Notes under the pieces: model-generated
Database searches by the model: none
What the model saw: only the letters and a program-made list of their open reading frames with translations
What the model was told of the DNA's origin: nothing
Shown here: positions 29,866 to 40,551 of the stretch, piece by piece
How positions within the stretch are numbered: the first letter of the stretch is position 1
How the letters are laid out: every line of letters begins with the position of its first letter
Translations under genes and position numbers: made by a program
NCBI GenBank assembly: GCA_963766355.1
Contig: CAVXZV010000006.1
Coordinates: 7,096-71,095 of the forward strand
Length of the DNA: 64,000 nucleotides
DNA from: an uncultured Alphaproteobacteria bacterium
GTDB taxonomy: Bacteria; Pseudomonadota; Alphaproteobacteria; Micropepsales; Micropepsaceae
Direction of reading: 5' to 3'

Positions 29866-32724
29866 TCATTTGCCATCTGGAGGCTTCGCATACTTCTGCG
29901 GCATGGCGACGAGCTTCCACGCCCTATCGTCCAGCAAATAGGTTTGCGCCGCGCGTTGCACATCCGCGGCGGTGACTTTCTGCAAATCGGACAGATTGGT
30001 ACGTATCCCGTCCAGTCGCCGCGGATCGATTTGGGCCTCCTGGAGATAGACAAGCCAATAGAGGTTGTTTTGCTGTGCGTTCTGAAGATCGTGAACCAGC
30101 GGACCGCGCGCTCTTTCCAGTTCCTCGGCGGACACTTCTTTGCTCTTCAAATCGGAAACCGTCTTTTCCACGGCGGCATAGAAATCGGCGATTTGGGGCG
30201 TCGGAACGTTGGCAAACACGCGAAGTATGCCCCAGCCCGAGGTCGCGATGGAATTGGCTGTTTGCGTTTGGGGCGTGTAGGTCATGCCTTGATTGGTGCG
30301 CAATTCGTCGAACAGCCGCTGGGCCAAGATTTTTTCCAGCACAAGCTGCGTGCGGACCGCCGGCAGATCGGGAAACGTGCTGGTCGTGTGCCATGCGATC
30401 GACGCGACGGATTGATCGCCGGGACCTTGATAGTAAAGAACGATTGGGTCTTTCTGCGCGCTTTGCAGCCGCTCGTCTCCCACGCTGGGGGTCGTCTGGA
30501 CGTGCCGCTTGGGAAGCGCGGCGAGCGTCGTTTGCAGCCCCTTGACGGCATCCTCGACGGAAATGTCGCCGACCACGATGACTTCAATGTGGCCGTCCTT
30601 CAGCGCGTCTTGCAGCAGCGCTTTCACATCGTCGAGGTGCGTCGCGCCAACATCCTCGGCCGCCGGAGGATCCCAGCGATGGTCCCTGTTATGCGCGATC
30701 CACCAGAAATCGAGTCCAAACACACCGTCGGCCGTGGCGTGTATTTGCGGAAGAGCAGTCTTTAGGTCGGATTGTATCTTTTCGAACGCTTCGGGCCGCC
30801 ATGCCGGATCGGTGAGAAACGCCGTCGCGAACTGGAGCTCCGTTTGATAATCCGCAGGCCGCGTCGCGCCTCTAATCTCGTAGGCTGTGTCTGTCACATT
30901 GAAACTGACATTCGATTCTTTTCCGGCCAGGGCCCGCCGCACATCCGTCGGAGAAATCCGGCCTAGGCCGCCGACCATGAACGAATTGCCCAAGGCCCAA
31001 CTCGGCGACGGGCGGTTCTTCGTCCAAACCATCCGACCGGCGCCAAAGCGGATGGAAATGAACACCTGGCCGGCCAAGAATTTGGTCGGCTTGATCGTTG
31101 CACGCACACCGTTGGCAAATGTCACGAAGGTCACACCCAGATCGTCGATCGTCTTCTGGGAGGCCACTTTGCCGTCCGGACCGAAAGAGGTGTACGGCCA
31201 AACGGGAACCGGGGACGCTTGCGCAACCGGCGCACTCTGCTGCGTCTGCGCAAAAATTGCCGCCACATCCTTTTCGGCACCCTCGATCGGTGTCGGGCTG
31301 GAAATAAACACAAATGGATCGCCGGCCAGCAGCGTGTGCAAAACGGCCGTGATCTGTTCCGCAGTGAGATTCTTCACAGAGGATTCGAACAACGCCAAAC
31401 CATCTTCGGGGGAATCGATGACGTCATTTCTGTCCACGGCCCCCAGATAGGCCGAGGCCAAGCCGGGGCTGCGAAGTGTGTGGGAAGCGACGACGAAGGA
31501 CTGATAGCTCGTTCGCCAATTGCTGACGGCCCGGTCCACTTCTTCTTGTGCGACGCCGCTGTGCAGAATATCGGCGTAAGTGTCATGCGCGGCGCGCAAG
31601 GCCTCCAGCGCCTGTCCCGGCCTGTACGCCACCGTCAATGCGGCAACATCCGCGAGGGTGTTGTACTGAACGTATGAGGCACCGGCGTGATCGAAAGGAG
31701 GCTTCGCGGACAAGACCAGTTTTTCCAGCCGTTGATTGAGAACCGCAAAGGCGATCGATCGGATAATACTGCGCTGCGTCTTTGCAACGGAGTCGGACGC
31801 GTTATCGTCGGGCATCACCCAACTCATGGTCGCCGTAGTGCTTGTGGCAGGCTCGGTGAAGACGGTTGTGTGCAAGCCCGTGCCGAAGGCGACGGTGTAG
31901 GCCGGTGGCTTGACGGCCGGGGCGGCGGCTTTCCAGTCGGAGAAATGTGCCTTGATCTTGGCTTCGACGGCTTGCGGATCGATGTCGCCGACGATTGCCA
32001 GCACGGCCAGCTCCGGCCGGTAGTAAGCGCTGTAGAAATTGCGTATCAGGGGAGCCTGCACCTCCTTGACGGTGGCGACTTTGCCGATCGGCAACATCGC
32101 ATCCGCGATCCGAGCCCCGAAAATCTCGGCCATATAGACTTTATAAGCGTGGCGGCCGGCGACGTCGCCCTGACGCTCCTCCGCAAGCACGACGGAGCGT
32201 TCCGAATCCAGCGCTTTTTGATCGAGCGACAGATTGCCGGCGATTTCGCGCGTCAACATCAGGCCTTTGTCGAGTGCCGCGTCGTCATTGACGGGGATGT
32301 CGAACATGAAAACCGTGTTGTCTGGAAGGGTGAAGGCGTTGGTATCGGATCCCGGCGAAGCACCCAGGCTTTGCAGCGTCTTGGAGACATCGCCGTCCGC
32401 CACATTCTTCGAACCGCGAAATGCCATGTGCTCCAAGAAATGGGCGATACCTTCTTCGTCATCCGTTTCGTCGAGCGAACCGGCAGCGATGCGCAAGCGC
32501 AGCGCAACTTGATGAGCCGGCATGGTGTTTTTCTTGATCAGATAGCGCATGCCGTTTGGCAACACGCCGAAGATGATCGTGGGGTCGGCCGGGATATCGC
32601 TATGCGCTTGCGGCCAGCTTGGAAGTGGGGGAGCGGGGGGCGCCTTTTTGCTGAGAGCACTGGTGGATGACCCAACAACGAGCACGCAGGCGAGCAACGC
32701 CGCCCAACCGAACCGGCCTCTCAT
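29866..32724 (-). CDS. Secreted M16 zinc peptidase (PqqL-like)
   Basis: GIAHFLEHMAFRGS (HxxEH), TNAFT, ERSVVLAE; four-domain length. Confidence 0.9.
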   Translation of the reverse strand: MRGRFGWAALLACVLVVGSSTSALSKKAPPAPPLPSWPQAHSDIPADPTIIFGVLPNGMRYLIKKNTMPAHQVALRLRIAAGSLDETDDEEGIAHFLEHMAFRGSKNVADGDVSKTLQSLGASPGSDTNAFTLPDNTVFMFDIPVNDDAALDKGLMLTREIAGNLSLDQKALDSERSVVLAEERQGDVAGRHAYKVYMAEIFGARIADAMLPIGKVATVKEVQAPLIRNFYSAYYRPELAVLAIVGDIDPQAVEAKIKAHFSDWKAAAPAVKPPAYTVAFGTGLHTTVFTEPATSTTATMSWVMPDDNASDSVAKTQRSIIRSIAFAVLNQRLEKLVLSAKPPFDHAGASYVQYNTLADVAALTVAYRPGQALEALRAAHDTYADILHSGVAQEEVDRAVSNWRTSYQSFVVASHTLRSPGLASAYLGAVDRNDVIDSPEDGLALFESSVKNLTAEQITAVLHTLLAGDPFVFISSPTPIEGAEKDVAAIFAQTQQSAPVAQASPVPVWPYTSFGPDGKVASQKTIDDLGVTFVTFANGVRATIKPTKFLAGQVFISIRFGAGRMVWTKNRPSPSWALGNSFMVGGLGRISPTDVRRALAGKESNVSFNVTDTAYEIRGATRPADYQTELQFATAFLTDPAWRPEAFEKIQSDLKTALPQIHATADGVFGLDFWWIAHNRDHRWDPPAAEDVGATHLDDVKALLQDALKDGHIEVIVVGDISVEDAVKGLQTTLAALPKRHVQTTPSVGDERLQSAQKDPIVLYYQGPGDQSVASIAWHTTSTFPDLPAVRTQLVLEKILAQRLFDELRTNQGMTYTPQTQTANSIATSGWGILRVFANVPTPQIADFYAAVEKTVSDLKSKEVSAEELERARGPLVHDLQNAQQNNLYWLVYLQEAQIDPRRLDGIRTNLSDLQKVTAADVQRAAQTYLLDDRAWKLVAMPQKYAKPPDGK

Positions 32725-32836
32725 TTTATTCCCCTACCTTTTAACCCGTGCCGCCATCATAGCCGCTGACACGTCAGAAACACAACTTTTTGGAGAGTGG
32801 CGAATTCATACCGCGACTTGGAATTGATTTGATGCT

Positions 32837-33826
32837 CTAATCCGCCGTTTCCTGACGCGCGCTCGCGCGATACGCGGCGGCATGGCGTTGGGCGATCACG
32901 GCGCAGACCATCAATTGCATCTGATGGAACAGCATCAACGGTACGATCATCGGCCCCAGCAATGCTGGGGGAAACAACACCCCGGCCATCGGCACGCCGG
33001 AGGCCAAACTCTTTTTCGAACCGCAAAACACGATGGCGATTTCATCTTCGCGCGACATGCCGAGGCGCCGCGATATCCAAGTCGTGGTCACTAGCGCCAG
33101 CGCCAGGATCAGTGCGTCCAGACCCAGCGTCCAGCCCAGATCGAGCGCGGAATAGCGGTGCCACAATCCTTCGATCACCGCCGCGCTGAACGCGGTGTAA
33201 ACCACCAGCAGAATGGCGCTACGGTCGACCCGTCCCACAATCGTTTTGTGGCGCTCCAAAAAACCGCGCGTAATGGGCCGTGACAGATGGCCGAGAATGA
33301 ACGGCAAGAGCAATTGCAGCGCAATGGCCTCGACGGAATTCAGCGAAATCCCGCCATGCATCCCGCGCAGCAGAAACAATCCGGTCAGCAGCGGCGTGAC
33401 GAAAATTCCCAGCAGGTTCGACGCCGAAGCGCTGCACACTGCGGCGGGCACATTGCCATGCGCAATCGAAGTGAAGGCGATGGAAGATTGCACGGTCGAT
33501 GGCAACAAGCAGAGGAACAGAATGCCGTCGGCGATCACCGGATTGAGCCAGCCGTGACTGACCGCGCGCAGCACCAATCCCATGGCGGGAAACAGAATAA
33601 AGGTCGCGGCCAGCACCAGCGCATGAATGCGCCAGGCGCCCAGTCCCGCCAGGATCGCTTCGCCCGACAGCTTGGCGCCGTGCAGGAAGAAGAGCAGGGC
33701 GATGGCCGCATCGGTGATCCAAGCCATGATCTGCGCGAACTCGCCCGAGCAGGGCAGCACGCTCGCCAGCGCCACCGTCGCCACCAGGGCGAGGATGAAG
33801 GGATCGATCTTCAGCAGCTTCAGCAT
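32837..33826 (-). CDS. Bile acid:sodium symporter family (YfeH-like)
   Basis: LFFLHGAKLS, LPSTVQSSIAFTSIAHGNVPAAVCSAS, FCGSKKSLASGVPMA. Confidence 0.9.
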   Translation of the reverse strand: MLKLLKIDPFILALVATVALASVLPCSGEFAQIMAWITDAAIALLFFLHGAKLSGEAILAGLGAWRIHALVLAATFILFPAMGLVLRAVSHGWLNPVIADGILFLCLLPSTVQSSIAFTSIAHGNVPAAVCSASASNLLGIFVTPLLTGLFLLRGMHGGISLNSVEAIALQLLLPFILGHLSRPITRGFLERHKTIVGRVDRSAILLVVYTAFSAAVIEGLWHRYSALDLGWTLGLDALILALALVTTTWISRRLGMSREDEIAIVFCGSKKSLASGVPMAGVLFPPALLGPMIVPLMLFHQMQLMVCAVIAQRHAAAYRASARQETAD

Positions 33827-33849
33827 CTAAATTGGTGTCGGAGTAGAAT

Positions 33850-34555
33850 TCATTGGCGCTTATTGCGCTTGGCATTGGGCCGCCGGCCTTTTGGCAGCGG
33901 CGCCACACGGCGCTTGGCGGCTTTGGCGATTTGCCGCTGGAAATCCTTATCGCCCAGCGCCCAGCCGCCATTGGTGGCGGCGCGCAGATCGTCGACGAAC
34001 GTCTCGTCGAGTTTGCGGCGGCACAATGCGCGATATGCCTTCTGCCGTTCGGCAATGCTGCGGCCCAGCCGGCGGAATAGCGGATGATCGCTGACTAGCG
34101 CGTCGGGCTTGCCCAAGGCATGGGCCGGATAGCTCGACCAGCGATAATCGCGCGGATGATCCACCAACCCGGCGCGCACGGGATTGAGTTCGATATAACG
34201 GCAACAGCCAAGAAAATATTCATCGCTGTCGATAGGGCGCGGCCCGGTAGCGCCCCTCCCACAAGGTTCCCGTCCACCCCTTTTCAAAGTTGACATAGCG
34301 CACATAGCGCCGGCCCAGCGATTGCATTAGGCGGGGCAGGCTGTCCTTCTTTTCCGGCGTCGCCAGAATATGAACATGGTCGGGCATCAGCACGTAAGAG
34401 TGAACGGCACAGCCATAGTCCTCCGCGGCCTCGGCGAGCCAGGCTCGATAGCGCAGGTAATTCTCATCCTCGAAGAAAATGTCCTGCCGATCGCTGCCGC
34501 GCTGGATCACATGCAGCAGCCGATCGGCGACGAAGTAGCGTCCCAAACGCGCCAT
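33850..34555 (-). mobile_element. REP-associated tyrosine transposase (RAYT, Y1 HUH), frameshift near 34240
   Basis: HVIQRG, YVLMPDHVHILATP, LWEGRYRA / CRYIELNPVRAGLV...WSSY. Confidence 0.85.
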
Positions 34556-34594
34556 ATGCCTTCTCATCGCAGGATTGCGGACATAGAATAGGCC

Positions 34595-35032
34595 ATGGCG
34601 CAAATAAAATCTACTCTGACCCTGATTGTTCCGTTTATCGCAACTCTCGGCTATCTGCTACTATTTGCGCATTTGGCAATTTCCTTTTCCTATTGGGATT
34701 ATTTGACTTCAATTGGTCTTGGAGATGTTACTTCAAAGATATTGGGGGCATATGCGATCGGCAGTTTACTGATGATGTTTGGGGCGGGTCTGCGCTTTTT
34801 CCGCCGCGACGCGGATGTACAATTTTCCACATTGTGCCTGATTCTGAGCATACCCTTTCTTTGGTACCGCTTGGCGCCCGAGCTCTTCCAATCCTTGACA
34901 GGCGGTTATTGGGCCGCGCCTGGAAAATACATGACGCCCGAACCGTTGGCGGGTGCCGACCTTGCTGTGATCTTCAGTTATGTGGTCACCAGTACCCTGC
35001 GCGGGCGCCAACGGTGCTCAGCCAAGGAATGA
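34595..35032 (+). CDS. Hypothetical multi-TM membrane protein
   Basis: AT-richer ORF with hydrophobic segments; N-terminus (KSTLT) encoded by the repeat motif. Confidence 0.6.
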   Translation: MAQIKSTLTLIVPFIATLGYLLLFAHLAISFSYWDYLTSIGLGDVTSKILGAYAIGSLLMMFGAGLRFFRRDADVQFSTLCLILSIPFLWYRLAPELFQSLTGGYWAAPGKYMTPEPLAGADLAVIFSYVVTSTLRGRQRCSAKE

Positions 35033-35126
35033 GGTATACCGTGACTGTCGCGACCTAAAATCTCATCCGCGCGGAATTCGGCTGAAGGAACGTGGTCGGA
35101 GTGGATTTAACTCCAGGAGGCGTACG

Positions 35127-35834
35127 ATGTATTTGAGAATTGCGCGCGCGTTACTCCTATTTCTTGCGATGTCGGGTAGCAGCGCCGCCGGTGTCGGCCT
35201 CCACGACCTGCCGGATAAGACGCTTTCGGATTTGATGGGAAGGGCGGGGCTGCGAAGCGCTTGGCGTGTAGAGCAGTATTGGTTTCGAAACGAATGGCGC
35301 GTGTATGCATACGCCGCTCCTCGCCAATCGACTTCGGACTTCTGTAGCACCGAGAGAACAAGTCTTTTCATAAGACAACGGGAAAACCAGAAGTTGGATA
35401 TATACCGCGTAGAAAAGAACCTTGTCGTGCTGCGTGGATTTTGTGCCGATAACTATACCGAGCAGGAGTTTGATGCCGGTACCGTGCCAGGACATTTAAC
35501 CGAGGTCGAGCTTATAAAATTTATCCACATGATTACGTCGCTAATCAATACGGGCGCAATCGGCAAGTCGGGAATATCGGTTGCGTTCAATTGCCCTGGC
35601 ACATCCGTTCCATCGGATTGCGCGGACGCAAGACAAGCTACGCGTAAACTGAAACTTGAAGAGCTATTTTCTATCGATGCAAGCCATCCGGATTCGGTCG
35701 CGTTTAATTTTGCTGTGAAGATGCCAGGCAGGATGCCACGCGCTGAGGCATTGGTTTTTGACTTTCCCCGGCTGCAGGAAAAAAACGCTACGGTGAAAAT
35801 CTCTCTCGAAGATGTTATAGATGTCGCACGATAA
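35127..35834 (+). CDS. Hypothetical secreted protein
   Basis: AGGAGG RBS, signal peptide MYLRIARALLLFLAMSGSSAAG, lower GC. Confidence 0.65.
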   Translation: MYLRIARALLLFLAMSGSSAAGVGLHDLPDKTLSDLMGRAGLRSAWRVEQYWFRNEWRVYAYAAPRQSTSDFCSTERTSLFIRQRENQKLDIYRVEKNLVVLRGFCADNYTEQEFDAGTVPGHLTEVELIKFIHMITSLINTGAIGKSGISVAFNCPGTSVPSDCADARQATRKLKLEELFSIDASHPDSVAFNFAVKMPGRMPRAEALVFDFPRLQEKNATVKISLEDVIDVAR

Positions 35835-35853
35835 ACGGTGCGACACAGATTGT

Positions 35854-35933
35854 TGCCGCGCTGGATCTCGGCCGATCGGCGACGAAGGTGCGTCCCAGAC
35901 GCGCCTTCTCATCGCAGGGTTGCGGAGGTAGAA
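35854..35933 (-). pseudogene. Relic of a RAYT 5' end and upstream region
   Basis: Aligns with 34495-34588 (CCGATCGGCGACGAAG, CGTCCCARACGCGCC, TTCTCATCGCAGGRTTGCGGA). Confidence 0.7.
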
Positions 35934-36005
35934 GCGGGGTTATTGGCGGGGTTATTGGGGTTAGAGTGGATTTAGTCCATCCATAAAGACGATAATAGGC
36001 GTGCG

Positions 36006-36239
36006 ATGGCAGGTGACGAAGGAGGAGCGGGCCACAAAACCCAACCGTCAAAATCCCACCATCTCAAACTCTGGCGGGATATTCTAAGGCACCCTGGTTT
36101 GCAGTGGGCGCTTCTACTTTTGATCCTGTTCTTGATCGCTCTGTTTGCCGCTTACGAATCTCGTCACCCGGGTATCTGCTCGGGTCCGTCGCGTCCTCGT
36201 TGGTGCGATCACAGAGCGGGGCGAGGCGGCTTCCGTTAG
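36006..36239 (+). CDS. Possible small TM protein
   Basis: One hydrophobic segment; weak RBS. Confidence 0.3.
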   Translation: MAGDEGGAGHKTQPSKSHHLKLWRDILRHPGLQWALLLLILFLIALFAAYESRHPGICSGPSRPRWCDHRAGRGGFR

Positions 36240-36591
36240 ATCGAGTAACTGTGGGGGCTTTTTGACGGCGCGCGATCGGCCGGCAATCCGTTGGTCTATC
36301 GCCGCAGGCCGCCCTAAAGTTCCTGTATCGACGGTCAGATGATCGAACGGAACCTTCCTTATGCGGATTTAAGGACCATGAGGGTGCGGTAAAGCGCCTT
36401 GGCAAGCTCAGGTGAAATCTGCGGAATATTAAGTAACTGCTTGAATATCCAAGGATAATATCTATATCGGTGCCGCTTCTGCCCGGCCCCGCTCGCGCCC
36501 TTTACCTCAGATTGACACGGCTGAGCGACATTGCCACTTTCCCGGCCCTTTTCGGGCAGAGTGTAATCGCCGCCGCCCCAACCGAGACGCC

Positions 36592-37551
36592 ATGCACGCC
36601 TATCTCGATTTCGAACGTCCCATCGCCGAACTCGAAGGCAAAATCGTCGAGCTGCGCCAGCTTGCGGCGCAGGACCCGGCGATGCAGATCGATTCCGATG
36701 TCGCGCGCTTGCAAGCCAAAGCGGATCAGCTGGTCAAGGACACCTATGCCAAGCTGACGCCTTGGCAAAAAGTGCAAGTGGCGCGCCATCCCGGCCGGCC
36801 GCATTTCGCCGACTACGCCTCCTCGCTGTTCGACGAATTCACGCCGCTGGCAGGCGACCGCCTCTATGGCGAAGACGAAGCGGTGATCGCAGCGCTGGCA
36901 CGCTTCCGCGGCCGCGCCGTGGCCGTGATCGGTCACGAGAAGGGCAACGACACCAAATCGCGCCTTCAGCACAATTTCGGCATGGCCCATCCCGAAGGCT
37001 ATCGCAAAGCGCAGCAAATCTTCGCGCTGGCGGAGCGTTTTGGCCTGCCTGTGATTTCGCTGGTCGATACCTCCGGGGCGTTCAGCGGCGTCGCCGCCGA
37101 AGAGCGCGGGCAGGCGGAAGCCATCGCGCGGTCGACCCAAGCCGGTCTCGATCTGCGCGTGCCGTTTGTCGCCACCATTATCGGCGAAGGCGGTTCCGGC
37201 GGCGCGCTGGCGCTATCCACTGCCAACCGCATCTACATGCTGGAGAACTCGGTCTATTCGGTGATTTCGCCGGAGGGTTGCGCCTCCATCCTCTGGCGCA
37301 AGCCCGAGAAGACACAGGACGCCGCCGCGGCGCTGCGCATGACGGCGCAAGATCTTCTCGGCTTGGGCGTCATCGATGCCATTATTCCCGAGCCGGTGGG
37401 CGGCGCCCATCGCAGCCCCGAGGAGACCATCACGGCCGTAGGCGAAACCATCGCCCGCGCCTTGGCCGAGCTTTCGGGCCTGTCTCCCGACGACTTGCGT
37501 TCCCAGCGCCGCCAAAAATTCCTCGCCATGGGCCGCGATCTCACGAAATAA
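36592..37551 (+). CDS. accA: Acetyl-CoA carboxylase carboxyltransferase alpha
   Basis: [59 protein letters not shown]. Confidence 0.96.
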   Translation: MHAYLDFERPIAELEGKIVELRQLAAQDPAMQIDSDVARLQAKADQLVKDTYAKLTPWQKVQVARHPGRPHFADYASSLFDEFTPLAGDRLYGEDEAVIAALARFRGRAVAVIGHEKGNDTKSRLQHNFGMAHPEGYRKAQQIFALAERFGLPVISLVDTSGAFSGVAAEERGQAEAIARSTQAGLDLRVPFVATIIGEGGSGGALALSTANRIYMLENSVYSVISPEGCASILWRKPEKTQDAAAALRMTAQDLLGLGVIDAIIPEPVGGAHRSPEETITAVGETIARALAELSGLSPDDLRSQRRQKFLAMGRDLTK

Positions 37552-37595
37552 CGCCGCAACGTTGCCATACCCGGCGAGCAGCTGACCGCTTTCTG

Positions 37596-37718
37596 CCCCC
37601 GCTTCGCGGGGGAAGTGCCCACCGAAGCCTTGGCTGAGGTGGGCGAAGGGGGTATGCACCGTCCTTGCCCCCTCCGCTTCGCTCGCAAGTGCTCGCTCAG
37701 CACCTCCCCCGCTGCGCG
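37596..37718. repeat. REP-like hairpin cluster interrupted by IS4 (continues at 39012-39027)
   Basis: CCCCCGC-ttc-GCGGGGG and CACCTCCCCCGCTGCGCG ending at the IS end. Confidence 0.65.
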
Positions 37719-39011
37719 CAGGGGTGTCCGGGGAACAATTCACTGTGACGCGGGAGCATGCCCGGCCAAATCTGCACGAAGCAGCTACTTTCTGGTTGTC
37801 AAAACTCAGCAAGTAGGAAGGCCGAGCATGCGCTACAGCGATAACATTTTTGGTCGTCTTCTCAAACCGGTCTCGCGCCGGCAGTTCGACGCAAGCGTGG
37901 TGCGGCACGAAGCCGATGCCTATGACAAGGAGTTTCGGAGCTGGAACCACATGGTCTTGTTGATCTTTGCCCAGCTTAGCGGGGTAAGTGGTCTGCGTGA
38001 CCTTGAAGCGGTGTGGAATGCCAATTCCAATCACCACTATCACCTCGGTGCCGGCAAGATTGCGCGCTCGACCGTCTCCGACGCCAATGCGCGGCGTCCT
38101 GTGGCGGTGTTCGGCGAGACGTTTTCCCGGCTTTCGAGCCTTGCCGACCGCGTGGTACGGCGCGAAGGCGAGGCGATGCTTCGGCTGATTGATTCCACGC
38201 CTGTCCCGCTGAGTGCGGCTATCGATTGGGTGAAGTCGAACGGACGCATTAAAGGGCTGAAGCTTCATGTCGTCTACGATCCGGTGTCCGACACCCCGAC
38301 CCATATCGAGATCACCGACGCCAACATCAACGACGTAACCATCGGCGAACGGTTTCCAATCCAGCCCGGTTTTATGCACGTCTTCGACAAAGCCTATTGC
38401 AAATACCCTTGGTGGACAGCAATTCATGAGGCTTCCGCGACGTTCGTGACCCGCCAGAAGATATCTTCGAAGTTCCGCGCGATTTCCAAGCGCAAGCCCA
38501 GAAGATGCAATGGCGACGGCTTCAAGATCATCGACGAAGCCGAGGTCAAGTTCGTCTCCAAGGGCAATTCCAAGCTCGCGATCCCGCTGCGGCGCATCCG
38601 CCTGCGCCGTGATGATGGCCCAAAGATCACACTCATAACCAACGACATGGAGCGTTCCGCCGTCGAGATCGCGAGCTTCTACAAAAAGCGCTGGCAGATC
38701 GAGCTTCTGTTCCGCTGGATCAAGCAACACCTCGACATCACGACCTTCCTCGGCCGCAACCAGAATGCCATCCGATTGCAGATCGTTGCCGCAATGATCG
38801 CTTATCTGCTTCTGCGCCTCGCTGCCCGCGAAAATCTCGTCAAAATCCCCATCATCCGTTTGGCCGGCCTCATCGCGGATCGTCTCTTCCTGCGCATGCC
38901 AATCGCAAAAATCGATAAACCGCCAGACGTACACCCCTCCAAACCCAAGCCGGCATACTCCCTTGACCAGCTGGAGTTCGACTATGCTTGAATTTTCCCC
39001 GGACAGCCCTG
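37719..39011 (+). mobile_element. IS4-family insertion sequence, copy 1 (1293 bp), flanks not duplicated
   Basis: Terminal IRs CAGGGGTGTCCGGGGAA / TTCCCCGGACAGCCCTG; nearly identical to 47550-48842. Confidence 0.9.
37828..38991 (+). CDS. IS4-family DDE transposase
   Basis: LIDSTPV, VFDKAY, YKKRWQIELLFRWIKQHL (YREK signature). Confidence 0.92.
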   Translation: MRYSDNIFGRLLKPVSRRQFDASVVRHEADAYDKEFRSWNHMVLLIFAQLSGVSGLRDLEAVWNANSNHHYHLGAGKIARSTVSDANARRPVAVFGETFSRLSSLADRVVRREGEAMLRLIDSTPVPLSAAIDWVKSNGRIKGLKLHVVYDPVSDTPTHIEITDANINDVTIGERFPIQPGFMHVFDKAYCKYPWWTAIHEASATFVTRQKISSKFRAISKRKPRRCNGDGFKIIDEAEVKFVSKGNSKLAIPLRRIRLRRDDGPKITLITNDMERSAVEIASFYKKRWQIELLFRWIKQHLDITTFLGRNQNAIRLQIVAAMIAYLLLRLAARENLVKIPIIRLAGLIADRLFLRMPIAKIDKPPDVHPSKPKPAYSLDQLEFDYA

Positions 39012-39215
39012 CCGTAAACGGGGGAGGAAAAGCTCGCTTCCGCCTTCGCTCGAGCTACGGCGGACAATGCATTTCGACTGACCCGCCGAAGCCTTGGCGT
39101 AGGCGGGCGACCGGGAATGACAGTGCGTGTTTTCGGCAAAGGCGGTTAAAAATTTCACGCTCTATGCGTCTCTCTTCCGCCTCTATCCCTACGCATCGAA
39201 GCCCTTTGCGGACAA

Positions 39216-40106
39216 TCAGCTTTGCGAGGGGCGGCGCAGCGCAAAGCTCACGATGACGATCGCAAGCAAAGGCGCGATGACAAGTACGCTGCCTTCAGGA
39301 CCAACGGTGCCTCCCGTCAGCCAATCGGGGCCCTGACTCGTTGGATGAAAGATGGCTCCGGGCAGAGCCGGCGTTCCGCTGTCGGATACGCCGAAGACAA
39401 AGCTTTCCGCGTAGTCCCATCCGGCGTGGATTCCGATTGCCAGCCACAACGAGCCGGTTTTCAAAAAGGAATACGCAAACACGATACCAAACAGTCCTGT
39501 TGCCGCTGCGCCCATATAACTCTCGCTGGGGCCGTTGCCGAGATGAGCGGCGCCAAACATGAGGCCCAAGAGAATAGCTGCCGGCCAGAAAGATAACGCC
39601 CGCGACAGGGACACCTGCGCATAACCGCGAAACATAGTCTCCTCACCGACGGCGACCGCCAGAAAAAGTGCCGCGTATGATGCCGCGTAAGAGCCGGTCG
39701 ATGTCAGGTCGATGGTCGGATTGCCGAACGTGAAAACGCCTAGCAATTTCAATCCCACAAGCAGGACGGCCAGAAATGCAAGTCCGCAGACAATACCGAT
39801 CAAAAAATTGCGAATGCGATTCCGGCCGCCAAAGCCAAATTCGACAAAAGGTCTGCCCGTGGCTATCGCCATGATGAGCGTGGCCGCGAGTGCACTGATC
39901 ACCAACATCGCTTCGCCGATCTGCGCAGTGACCTCAGGCGATTTGTATCCGGGGAAGAAATAGGGAATCGCAAACACACAGCCGGCGCAAATTCCGGCAA
40001 CCAGCAGCGCAAACGCCGCGAACAGCAAAAGCGCGAAGCCGCGCTTTTTCCAGCTATCGGCCTGTTTGAAGGTATCCCAGTCGCTGGCGTCCACGACGTC
40101 TTCCAT
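39216..40106 (-). CDS. CPBP (CAAX/Abi) intramembrane protease
   Basis: GEETMFRGY, FGAAH, LWLAIGIHAGWD, GGTVGPEGS. Confidence 0.88.
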   Translation of the reverse strand: MEDVVDASDWDTFKQADSWKKRGFALLLFAAFALLVAGICAGCVFAIPYFFPGYKSPEVTAQIGEAMLVISALAATLIMAIATGRPFVEFGFGGRNRIRNFLIGIVCGLAFLAVLLVGLKLLGVFTFGNPTIDLTSTGSYAASYAALFLAVAVGEETMFRGYAQVSLSRALSFWPAAILLGLMFGAAHLGNGPSESYMGAAATGLFGIVFAYSFLKTGSLWLAIGIHAGWDYAESFVFGVSDSGTPALPGAIFHPTSQGPDWLTGGTVGPEGSVLVIAPLLAIVIVSFALRRPSQS

Positions 40107-40286
40107 CGCGAGAGCTTAGCGGTTATCGCACGTTCCGCAACGTGAGGTGCGCTTCCTGGGACCTCGAGCAATCACAAAGCTGTGTTTGTATCGAGCCGTG
40201 CCAAATGTAACGCGTTCCAAATGCTGTCCGCGACTCAAGAGGGGATTTCGAAGACGGGTATTCGCGGTGTGGCGGCGCCAGCCGCT

Positions 40287-40370
40287 GTCCTTATCGCCGT
40301 GGACGGCGATCCGCTGACGGACATCACAATGCTCGAACGTTCGTGATGACGGGGACGTCGTTTACAAGAC
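40287..40370 (+). pseudogene. Short relic resembling an amidohydrolase C-terminus
   Basis: LIAVDGDPLTDITMLER...VM..VVYK. Confidence 0.4.
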
Positions 40371-40551
40371 CGGCGGACAAATCGTCGGACGGTGATTTGC
40401 GGGCGCGCCCACGGGCGGAACTTCACCTATTGCCGCCTTTGGCGAAGAACCGCGCAAACCCGAACCCAAAAACGAGGAGAAAATCAAAACCGATAAACCG
40501 TCAAACAAATTGCAGCCTGAACCGGCGCAAAGAGCAGCAGCCTTCAGCCGA

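Larger units (their letters stand above)
33830..35973. repeat. Four copies of a ~17-21 bp RAYT-associated motif (GGTCRGAGTRGATTT-like)
   Basis: 33830-33850, 34607-34622 (inverted), 35094-35108, 35957-35973. Confidence 0.6.

Noticed and set aside
37213-38934. Long antisense ORFs (also 5051-6319, 24316-25752 extension, 42610-43665, 47422-48765, 48949-50166)
   Set aside because: Shadow frames of GC-rich genes with no motifs or RBS.
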